Assembly: GCA_019058015.1 (NCBI GenBank)
Contig: JAHLWH010000281.1
Coordinates: 1-12,888 of the forward strand
Origin: Promethearchaeota archaeon
Lineage (GTDB): Archaea > Asgardarchaeota > Lokiarchaeia > Sigyniarchaeales > SOKP01
Direction of reading: 5' to 3'
Length of the DNA: 12,888 bases
In this document: piece after piece, positions 1 through 7,059 of the stretch
Layout of the letters: each line of letters starts with the position of its first letter
Numbering within the stretch: the stretch's first letter is position 1
Notes under the pieces: model-generated
The model's database searches: none
Told to the model about the DNA's origin: nothing
Seen by the model: only the letters and a program-made list of their open reading frames with translations
Made by a program: the position numbers and the translations under genes

Positions 1-373
1 AAATAATATTTATCAAAAAAATATTCAATATTAGGCATAATCAATAATTTTGGCTGGAATTCTTCAAATTCTTCAATATATCTAATTATTTTTGAAATAA
101 TTACAAAGATTTGGTATTGTTATTAAAATGCAATATAGGGGATAAAGCCACCGCAGAATTGATATTCGGAGAGGAATACCTTTCAGTCAAGATTATTTCG
201 GAAAAATATAATTCCGTTATTGAGAGAACATTGGAAGCAATTGAAAAGATACATAACACTTAAAGTGTTCTAGATCATAAAAGAATTTAAACTAGATAAT
301 TATATTTTTTATAAATATAAAGTATTATGTCTTTTTCTAATAAAAGAATCACTTTAATAAAGAGAAAAAAATT

Positions 374-571
374 TTATTCTTCAAAATATCCAAGTAACTT
401 TAAGTTTTTGTATTCGTGTTGAAGAAAATTTCTAATAGCAAGCCTTACGCCTTCTGATCTACTTGGTATCATTCCAAGTTTTTGAAGCTTTAAAAGATTT
501 TTATCATAAATATCAGGTATATTAATAGTTATGTTGCGCATGTGTCTTTTCTTAATCTTTTTGTCATCCAT
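374..571 (-). CDS. Ribbon-helix-helix (CopG/Arc/MetJ family) DNA-binding protein
   Basis: 65 aa. The N-terminal strand MRNITINIP with alternating hydrophobics is followed by helix A, a G-x-x-P turn and helix B SRSEGVRLAIRNFL, matching the archaeal RHH pattern (xRSEaiRxAir). The start could be the second Met at 541. Confidence 0.88.
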   Translation of the reverse strand: MDDKKIKKRHMRNITINIPDIYDKNLLKLQKLGMIPSRSEGVRLAIRNFLQHEYKNLKLLGYFEE

Positions 572-878
572 TTTTTATGAGACCTAAGTATTTCTTATTT
601 GTTCAATTAAATGTTTATATTAAATAAAACCAATTTATATAATTAAATATTAAATTAAATCCTCAATTAAATGCAATTGACCCTTAAATATATTATATTT
701 GTATTAATCCTTGTATAAAATTTATGTTGGATTAATAATGATATATAAAACAAACTTATATTTAAATCTATTCTCAATTTAGAAAGGAAATAATAGATTT
801 TCGCTTTAAACATAATTATTTCATGATTTTAAAAATTTTATGTGCCAAAAATGAGTAATCCATTTATTTCCTTTAAGT

Positions 879-1550
879 TTAGTTTTTTCGTTTATTTTTT
901 TCAATATATCTCCCTCGAGATTCGACAGTTTCAATTCGATCAATAATTTCATCTGATTTATTTCCATATTCTAATTTGTAGCCATTTATTAAACTCTCAA
1001 AACATTCTTCGAAGTATTGCCCGTGTGTGCTTAATAAAACCCTTTTAATTAGATGTAAATCCACGCTTTTATCTTCAATTTTTATAGATTTCATCGAAAG
1101 TCCAAAATCAACAAAAAAAATTTTTTCATTTTTGGTAATAATTATATTAGATGTTGTTAGATCTCCATGGATAAAATCATTTTTATGCATAAATGCAATA
1201 TATCTCCCAATTTGCTCAAAATACCATTTTCTCTTAGATTTATCGATTTTTCCTATAAGATCTTTAAATTTTTGACCTTTAATATACTTCATAATAAGCC
1301 AATTATTATTAAGATCCACTTCAAATACTTGAGGGACCGGAACATTACATTTCTTTATAGAAATAAGCATTTTCGCCTCTAAAATTGTTCGAGTTCTCCT
1401 TAATTTTTTATCTAATTCTTCTATCCGATACTTTTTAGGTCTACGATGTTTCACCAAAACTTCCTTATCAAACCACTTACCTTTATAAAGGGTCGCTTCT
1501 GCACCTTTATATATAATTCGACCAAGATCGATTACTGGATTATAATTCAT
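879..1550 (-). CDS. bud32: KEOPS complex kinase/ATPase Bud32 (PRPK)
   Basis: Motifs KGAEA (G-loop), VKHRRPKKYR, RTILEAKML, HGDLTTSNII (catalytic loop), VDFGL, EDKSVDLHL and C-terminal VESRGRY. Start placed at ATG 1550 (223 aa) rather than 1592, because it lies 2 nt after the kae1 stop and has GGAGGAG 6 nt upstream. Confidence 0.96.
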   Translation of the reverse strand: MNYNPVIDLGRIIYKGAEATLYKGKWFDKEVLVKHRRPKKYRIEELDKKLRRTRTILEAKMLISIKKCNVPVPQVFEVDLNNNWLIMKYIKGQKFKDLIGKIDKSKRKWYFEQIGRYIAFMHKNDFIHGDLTTSNIIITKNEKIFFVDFGLSMKSIKIEDKSVDLHLIKRVLLSTHGQYFEECFESLINGYKLEYGNKSDEIIDRIETVESRGRYIEKNKRKN

Positions 1551-1552
1551 AT

Positions 1553-2569
1553 TTAACTCCTCCAAGGTATTTCTACATTCTCCATTCTCCATTTAGGATT
1601 GATCGTAGTATCTTCAATATCATCTGCTCCAACTTCTTTATATTTTAATATACCAGTCCAACCAATCATAGCACCATTATCTCCCGTATATTTCAAGGGT
1701 ACAACTTTATATTTAGCATTGTGCTCATTGCTTATATACGCAATCATCTCTTGTAATCTCTTATTTGCTGCAACCCCACCAGTCAATAAAACCTCTGTTT
1801 TGTTAGTATGCGCCAATGCTCTTTCAGTTACCTCCGTGAGCATTGCAAAGGCAGTTTCCTGCAAGGAGTAAGCAATATCATCTAAATTATATCTCCTATT
1901 ATAATCCCTGGATTTTAGCAGATTTTTTGCAGCTGTATATAATCCTGAAAAAGATAAATCCATACCTTTTACAACATATGGCAATGGAATATATTTCTTA
2001 GACTTTTTTGCAAGGCTCTCAATCTTAGGGCCACCTGGATGTTGTAATCCTGCATCTCGGGCAAATGCATCAATAAAATTACCTACAGCAATATCTAATG
2101 TTTCTCCAAATATTTGATATCTCTCTGATTCGAATGCACTAATAATAGTATTCCCCCCAGATACATATAAGGTTAATGGATCTTTTACCCCACATTTGAG
2201 TCTTCCGATTTCTATATGCCCAATACAATGATTAACCCCAACTAGAGGGATTTTTAACTTTTGACTCAGAAATCGAACGATAAGAGCACCTACTCTTAAA
2301 ACAGGTCCAAGACCAGGTCCTTGACTAAATGCAATTAAATTAATATCCTTTATTGAAAGATTTGCTTGCGTCATTGCCATTGTAATAGTTCTATCAAAAC
2401 ACTCAAGATGATGCTCTCTAACCTTTCGAGGATGTAAACCACCAGTTTCTGGAATATACGTATCGTTTATAATACTAATTACATTTCCATCAAAGTCTAA
2501 AATACTGACACCGAATGTATGAGCTGTACATTCGATTCCTAAACAAATTTTCCTTTTTAATTTCACCAA
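1553..2569 (-). CDS. kae1: tRNA N6-adenosine threonylcarbamoyltransferase Kae1 (KEOPS)
   Basis: Motifs LGIECTAHTFG, SQGPGLGP, VNHCIGHIE (metal-binding HxxxH), YVSGGNT, GETLDIAVGN, GGPKIE, VKGMDLSFSG, GGVAAN and DNGAMI; adjacent to bud32. Start is TTG 2569 or GTG 2566. Confidence 0.97.
   Translation of the reverse strand: MVKLKRKICLGIECTAHTFGVSILDFDGNVISIINDTYIPETGGLHPRKVREHHLECFDRTITMAMTQANLSIKDINLIAFSQGPGLGPVLRVGALIVRFLSQKLKIPLVGVNHCIGHIEIGRLKCGVKDPLTLYVSGGNTIISAFESERYQIFGETLDIAVGNFIDAFARDAGLQHPGGPKIESLAKKSKKYIPLPYVVKGMDLSFSGLYTAAKNLLKSRDYNRRYNLDDIAYSLQETAFAMLTEVTERALAHTNKTEVLLTGGVAANKRLQEMIAYISNEHNAKYKVVPLKYTGDNGAMIGWTGILKYKEVGADDIEDTTINPKWRMENVEIPWRS
1557..1563 (-). promoter_or_regulatory. 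Shine-Dalgarno-like GGAGGAG for bud32, embedded in the last codons of kae1
   Basis: Minus strand reads TGG AGG AGT TAA AT ATG, so GGAGGAG sits 6 nt before the bud32 ATG. Confidence 0.65.
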
Positions 2570-2607
2570 AAAATCACAAAAAAAGTAAAAATAAAATCAA
2601 AAAAAAT

Positions 2608-2826
2608 CTACGCTGCTTTCTTTCTTTGGCGTGGGGCGCGCCTTCCTCCTCTAGCAGGAATAACTGTAACCCCTTTTTTTCCCTTTCTTTTGAAAATGGT
2701 ATAACCACATTTTCCACAATGAAATCTATCATAATGATTGGCAAGGAAAAAGCCAGGTCCACACTTTGGACATGTACGATGTGTATGGCGTAATTCAGAG
2801 CCATTAATTTCATAAAATTTTGACAT
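2608..2826 (-). CDS. rps27ae: 30S ribosomal protein S27ae (eS31) with a basic C-terminal extension
   Basis: Zinc ribbon CPKCGPGFFLANHYDRFHCGKCGYT; canonical position between rps24e and kae1; no N-terminal ubiquitin fusion. Confidence 0.97.
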   Translation of the reverse strand: MSKFYEINGSELRHTHRTCPKCGPGFFLANHYDRFHCGKCGYTIFKRKGKKGVTVIPARGGRRAPRQRKKAA

Positions 2827-2847
2827 AATTTCTCACAATCTTTTAAA

Positions 2848-2855
2848 ATATATAA
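2848..2855 (-). promoter_or_regulatory. Possible internal TATA box for rps27ae
   Basis: Minus strand TTATATAT 22-29 nt upstream of the ATG, preceded by purine-rich AAAAAAGAGTAAA (BRE-like). Weak evidence given the AT-rich background. Confidence 0.3.
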
Positions 2856-2884
2856 TTTACTCTTTTTTCTTTACTGATGTTGAA

Positions 2885-3232
2885 TCAAAATAAATGTTTA
2901 TATGGCTCACTTTTTTTTTTTGCAGAATAAATAGCTTTTCTTTTCTCCTTTTCAATATTTCTAACCCTAATATGAAATGGCTCAAAAAATTTTAAAGTCT
3001 CTATATCCTCATAAATATGAGCAAGCCCTGATATTGAAGACGTCCCAAAATGAGTTTTAATATTCCTAATAATCGTTAAATCTTCATCTGCAGTTTTTTG
3101 AGCCGCGATCTCCTTTTTGATATCTATACGGTTTGGACTTCCTTTTCCTTTATTATCTAATTTGAATTTTAATTCAAGTCGATTGACAAGCTCATTTTTC
3201 TTTTCTTCAATTATTTCAATACCGAGAACCAT
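2885..3232 (-). CDS. rps24e: 30S ribosomal protein S24e (eS24)
   Basis: Motifs IIEEKKNELVNRLEL, SPNRIDIKKEIA, IIRNIKTHFG, GLAHIYED and FEP; directly upstream of rps27ae as in many archaea. Confidence 0.94.
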   Translation of the reverse strand: MVLGIEIIEEKKNELVNRLELKFKLDNKGKGSPNRIDIKKEIAAQKTADEDLTIIRNIKTHFGTSSISGLAHIYEDIETLKFFEPFHIRVRNIEKEKRKAIYSAKKKSEPYKHLF

Positions 3233-3307
3233 AGCTAAAATCTAAATCTTTTTATCTACTCTATTAATATTAGTTAAAATAAAGATAAAATAAAACTTTT
3301 TTGGTCT

Positions 3308-3568
3308 ATGAAATATATTTATAAAAAATATCTAAAGAAGTTGATAATTTTTATCATTTGTGAAATCATCATCTTTATATTACTTTTTATCTTTTTCTTG
3401 AATATTAAAAATATATTAACTGGAGGATGGATGCTTCTATTTATCCTTGGTATCCTGATTCCTTATTTAATTGTAATTGAAATAACCATAAAATATGTAT
3501 TTCGCATATACCGATGGAAGAAACAAGAATTAGAGTCTTTAATTCGGGAAGAATTAAACCTCTCTTAA
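3308..3568 (+). CDS. Small hypothetical membrane protein (2 predicted TM helices)
   Basis: 86 aa ATG-started ORF that fills the gap between DUF359 and rps24e. Basic N-terminus, two hydrophobic stretches (LIIFIICEIIIFILLFIFFL and WMLLFILGILIPYLIVIEITI) and a charged C-terminal helix. It shares a 4-nt TTAA stop overlap with the convergent gene. Confidence 0.72.
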   Translation: MKYIYKKYLKKLIIFIICEIIIFILLFIFFLNIKNILTGGWMLLFILGILIPYLIVIEITIKYVFRIYRWKKQELESLIREELNLS

Positions 3569-4158
3569 TATTTTTCCATTAACTTAATAAGCTCAGTTAC
3601 TATTCTCTGAATTTGTCCAGTCACCTCAACCATAACTAAACCTTCAGAAATAGGTTTTTCGGAATTTGTAACAGGAGGTTGTCCATAAAAAACATAGGAT
3701 TTAATACCTTCTAAAAGTGAAAATCCGGAAATTAATGGGATTACTAATAAATCCTCTTCTCCTTCAACAATTTTTACTAATACTTTTCTATTATTTTCGA
3801 TTAACTCCTTTAATTTTGGCCACATATCCTTAGATATTGTCCCCGTGGGATTTTTTAATTTAATTATTTGCTCAAAAAATTCCTTGAAAGAAATATCAAT
3901 CCTCTGTCTTTTTGTCTTTTCATCAATAATACAAATTTTTATCATATCCCTCAAATAAAGATTTTCCAAAAAATCTTTAGTAACAATATCCCCCACGCAA
4001 TAAACTCTATAATCCACACCCTTATTTATTTTTCTTTCTTTCTTAAAAAAAGAAATAACCTCTCCAATTGTATCTTCCCTCTTACCTGAAATTAATCTAC
4101 CTAAGGGTTTTGTGAACTTTTTTCTCTGAGTTATAGGGAGCCGAAGATCTTTCATCAT
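3565..4158 (-). CDS. GTP-dependent dephospho-CoA kinase (DUF359/UPF0218 family)
   Basis: Motifs KPLGRL, CVGDIVT, IIDEKTKR, NPTGTIS, VEGEEDLLVIP and YGQP...EG; conserved position downstream of spt4. Confidence 0.93.
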   Translation of the reverse strand: MMKDLRLPITQRKKFTKPLGRLISGKREDTIGEVISFFKKERKINKGVDYRVYCVGDIVTKDFLENLYLRDMIKICIIDEKTKRQRIDISFKEFFEQIIKLKNPTGTISKDMWPKLKELIENNRKVLVKIVEGEEDLLVIPLISGFSLLEGIKSYVFYGQPPVTNSEKPISEGLVMVEVTGQIQRIVTELIKLMEKY

Positions 4159-4232
4159 TATAAGTATGACTTTAATTAAAATAAATCTTTAAGAAAAATG
4201 AGGAATGAGAAACCAAATTCGTAAAATCTTCA

Positions 4233-4279
4233 AGGGATTACCAAAAAGTATAATTGAGTGCGGGAGGGGCACTATCCCT
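4233..4279. other. GC-rich nested inverted repeat (candidate RNA stem-loop) immediately after the spt4 stop
   Basis: AGTGC (4257-4261) pairs with GCACT (4269-4273) around a 7-nt loop; AGGGAT (4233-4238) pairs with ATCCCT (4274-4279). Confidence 0.45.
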
Positions 4280-4475
4280 ATCTCACGCGAAGGGCATATT
4301 TCCCTTTAACGTAAATATTCATATAACGAGCAATTTTTGAATTAGGAGGGTCCAAAATAATCACTTCACCTGAAAAATCATCACTAAGTGTGTGAGTTTT
4401 ACATTTTGGACACATTGATTTATCTTTTTTGGTAATTAAATGGCAATTTTTACACGCCTTTTCATCAGATACCAT
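4278..4475 (-). CDS. spt4: Transcription elongation factor Spt4 (RpoE'')
   Basis: KACKNCH...CPKC zinc site, LSDDFSGEVIILDPPNSKIA and C-terminal GKYALRVR; downstream of rpoE'. SD-like GGTGA at 4486-4490. Confidence 0.97.
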   Translation of the reverse strand: MVSDEKACKNCHLITKKDKSMCPKCKTHTLSDDFSGEVIILDPPNSKIARYMNIYVKGKYALRVR

Positions 4476-4525
4476 TTTTCATCAATCACCTTAGTTTTTA
4501 ATATGTCTAATATAAAATTATCAAT

Positions 4526-5158
4526 TTATTTCTTTTTTTTTTTTCTTTTTTCTGGTTTCTTCTCAATCTTCTCCGCCTCTTCTTCGGGAGCTTCCGTCTC
4601 CTCCGCCTCTTTATAATATTCCTCTAGATCTCGCTCAATCCAATCACTTTTACCCAAAAATGGTTGTCTCATAGTCAACCCCAGCTTAGCCATGCGACCA
4701 CCACCTAAAGAAACAGCTATTATACGTGCGCGCACTATATCATTTACCTCTAAGATCTTTCCGGTTTCTTTTCCTAAAAATCTATAAGCACTTTCTTCAT
4801 ATACAATATAATCATCACATATCTGACTTACATGCACAAGCGCATCTAAAGGGCCAAGTCGAATAAATGCACCAAAATCCACAATCTCAACACAACTACC
4901 TTGCACGACCTCCGAGATGGTCGGCTTAAATGTTAAAATTCTAAAACTTACCTTATGAAATGTATTAGCTGAACTAGGGATTATCATTCCTAACCCAACA
5001 TCTAACACATCAACAATTGCAATGATAAAACCAAATTCTTTGGTAACCGTGCCTTCATAATCATCGCTGAGAATGATTCTTGCTGAAGTCTTTTTATCCT
5101 GCGAGTAAAGAAATGGAGGAATCTCAAGCGTCGATTCAAGAGTTATAAGCTTAAACAT
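4526..5158 (-). CDS. rpo7: DNA-directed RNA polymerase subunit Rpo7 (E'), S1 domain
   Basis: Motifs EIPP, YEG...GFIIAIVDV, EVVQG, IVDFGAFIRLGPLDALVHVSQI, VRARIIAVS and KLGLTMRQPFLGK; acidic then Lys-rich C-terminal tail. Confidence 0.98.
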   Translation of the reverse strand: MFKLITLESTLEIPPFLYSQDKKTSARIILSDDYEGTVTKEFGFIIAIVDVLDVGLGMIIPSSANTFHKVSFRILTFKPTISEVVQGSCVEIVDFGAFIRLGPLDALVHVSQICDDYIVYEESAYRFLGKETGKILEVNDIVRARIIAVSLGGGRMAKLGLTMRQPFLGKSDWIERDLEEYYKEAEETEAPEEEAEKIEKKPEKRKKKKK

Positions 5159-5439
5159 GTTTTTATTTTCTCTTATTTTAATTGAATAAAGAAGACTAAA
5201 ATAAATATTTTATTATAATAGAGTAATCATACATACAAAATAATCATTTTATAAAATAATTACTTATAAGATTGCAATGTAAAACTTAATCCCCACACCT
5301 ACTATAACACATCTAAATTTTGTTATTAGTTTAATAACAAAAAAATATATTTTTAAAACAATAAAATAATAATATATTAAAAGAATACTCATTAATACTC
5401 TTAATTTCTATATTTATCAAAAAAAATCAAGATTGAAAT

Positions 5440-5805
5440 ATGGATAATATTGAAACTTTAGATTCTATTCTGCGACAACTGTTATCGTCAATTCCTGAGA
5501 TTAAAGCTGCAGCAATCGTTAGTGCAGAGGGACTTCCAATCGCTTCGGCTTTAGAAGTGGGAATTGATGAAACAAGAATTGCTGCAATGACTGCTGCAAT
5601 TATATCCCTTGGAGAAAGAGCTGCCATGGAGCTCAATAAGGGTATTCTGGAGCATATTCTTGTCAGAGGTACAAATGGTATCCTCCTCGTAATGTATTGT
5701 GGAGAAAATGCCGTTCTAACGGTCTCAACAACGACGGAGGTGAAGCTTGGTTTAATTATGTTGGATTGTAAGCGTTCTGCTGCCAAGATTGCCCAATTAA
5801 TTTAA
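5440..5805 (+). CDS. Roadblock/LC7 (MglB/LAMTOR-like) domain protein
   Basis: 121 aa with the roadblock pattern IKAAAIVSAEGLPIAS...ETRIAAMTAAIISLGERAAMELNKG.LEHILVRGTNG...AVLTV...KLGLI. Confidence 0.95.
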   Translation: MDNIETLDSILRQLLSSIPEIKAAAIVSAEGLPIASALEVGIDETRIAAMTAAIISLGERAAMELNKGILEHILVRGTNGILLVMYCGENAVLTVSTTTEVKLGLIMLDCKRSAAKIAQLI

Positions 5806-6002
5806 ATTTTTCTTAAAAAATCTAATTATTATATAAACTAATTTCCTTCTCCTTGTATTTTTATAATATACCTACTTCTTTTAGTTTTGAATAATTTTTT
5901 CTTGACCATATAGTATTAACATAAAAGTTAGATTTTAGAGAAAACAAATAAAAATTAATAATTTTATAATATGCTTATAGAAAGGTAAAAATTTAAAGAA
6001 TT

Positions 6003-7046
6003 TTGCACGAACTAAATGATTTCATTCTCGGTTTATTCTTTGCAGATGAGAATAATATAATTTATGAAAAAATCAAATTCTCTAAAGAACTTACTGAGTT
6101 AAAAAAACAAGAGTTAATGGTACTTCCATTAAAAATTTTTGGACCAGTTTTTTTAACTAAGGCATATTCAAGATCTTTTAATTGGATAATTAAATTTATA
6201 GAATCCACACTATCTTTTAAAACACAAGATACTGAAGACACTTCGATTATTCAATCAATGTTTAACCTTAACTCCTCAATTATTACGGATGAAGGGGTTA
6301 CAAATCTTTTTGCAATTATTGCTTCTCCCTATACTGAAGATATTAATTTTATTTACAAAAAAATGATAGCTTACATTCATCCTAGTTTGCTTCAAGTAAG
6401 ATCTATGTATCGACAAGTAGTAGATTCAGAAATTAAAGTTCAAAAATTTTTAGATGAAGAGTTAGAGCGTGGTATTAATTTAATTGAATATTCTCTTGGT
6501 TCCACAAGAAAAATATATTGGAAAGTGCAATTAAAGTATTATTGTGTTGGTGTTATAGAGAGAAAGACATCTCGAGATCTAAGTGTAAAAGAATTGAGCA
6601 TTTATACATTTGATAAAGATGATCCATTGAGAAGGAAACATTTAGAAGATATCCCATCCTATTATGTTATGGCCATTTTAACAGGATACTATGAGAAGAT
6701 GACGAACATTGCACTGGATATTTTTGAGATGGTAAATGTGAATTCCAGCATAAGACAAATCGAAATAGGGTCAAAAGAAAAAAAAGTGCTATATTTAGAA
6801 GAAAATTCTGAAGCAAATGAGATTAAAAAGAGTTATGGCGTGATTTTAATTCCAATGGAAGAAGAATCCGAACATGTGAAAAATAAACCCTTTTATAAGA
6901 AGAATTTAAGAAAAATGTTGGATGGACATATTTCTTTTGAAAATTTTATCAAAATTATTAATCCTCATTTTACATTAGAAAAATGGGCGGCGGTCTCAAA
7001 TGAAGAACTTGAAAAAATTCAAGAAATTCTTGATAAGAAAGATTAA
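6003..7046 (+). CDS. Hypothetical protein, possibly two tandem longin/uDENN-like domains
   Basis: 347-codon open frame with TTG start (in-frame TAA at 5994-5996, so it cannot extend much upstream). The domain call rests only on a by-eye beta-beta-alpha-beta-beta-beta-alpha-alpha pattern seen twice. Confidence 0.8.
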   Translation: MHELNDFILGLFFADENNIIYEKIKFSKELTELKKQELMVLPLKIFGPVFLTKAYSRSFNWIIKFIESTLSFKTQDTEDTSIIQSMFNLNSSIITDEGVTNLFAIIASPYTEDINFIYKKMIAYIHPSLLQVRSMYRQVVDSEIKVQKFLDEELERGINLIEYSLGSTRKIYWKVQLKYYCVGVIERKTSRDLSVKELSIYTFDKDDPLRRKHLEDIPSYYVMAILTGYYEKMTNIALDIFEMVNVNSSIRQIEIGSKEKKVLYLEENSEANEIKKSYGVILIPMEEESEHVKNKPFYKKNLRKMLDGHISFENFIKIINPHFTLEKWAAVSNEELEKIQEILDKKD

Positions 7047-7052
7047 GGGAGG
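7047..7052 (+). promoter_or_regulatory. Shine-Dalgarno GGGAGG for the 7060 ORF
   Basis: GGGAGG directly follows the upstream TAA and lies 7 nt before ATG 7060, within a 13-nt gap. Confidence 0.7.
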
Positions 7053-7059
7053 CTAAAAG

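Noticed and set aside
1551-1592. Programmed -1 frameshift producing a Kae1-Bud32 fusion through the 14-codon open overlap
   Set aside because: No slippery heptamer in the overlap, and bud32 has its own SD and ATG.
1027-1871. Plus-strand ORFs 1027-1275, 1167-1382 and 1599-1871
   Set aside because: Antisense shadows of the well-supported bud32 and kae1 genes; no motifs.
2515-2813. ORFs 2515-2793 (+) and 2574-2813 (-)
   Set aside because: They overlap rps27ae in antisense or alternative frames; no independent support.
2827-2921. Frameshift fusion of S24e to S27ae at the A11 run (2911-2921)
   Set aside because: Both shifted frames hit stops before rps27ae.
3868-4089. Plus-strand 73-aa ORF
   Set aside because: Antisense to the DUF359 gene.
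4233-4280. SECIS/PYLIS or G-quadruplex reading of the post-spt4 element
   Set aside because: Spt4 ends at its normal ALRVR terminus with a second in-frame TAG two codons later; no SECIS-type AUGA/GA core; only three G-tracts.
4476-4545. Frameshift or readthrough fusion of Rpo7 to Spt4 at the A12 run
   Set aside because: The spt4 frame has TGA TGA just upstream of its ATG, so no fusion is possible.
5384-5400. AATACTC repeated with a 10-bp period, and GAGTAA-like words in several intergenic regions
   Set aside because: Too short and AT-rich to distinguish from chance; positions relative to starts are inconsistent.
5427-5786. Minus-strand 119-aa ORF
   Set aside because: Antisense shadow of the roadblock gene.
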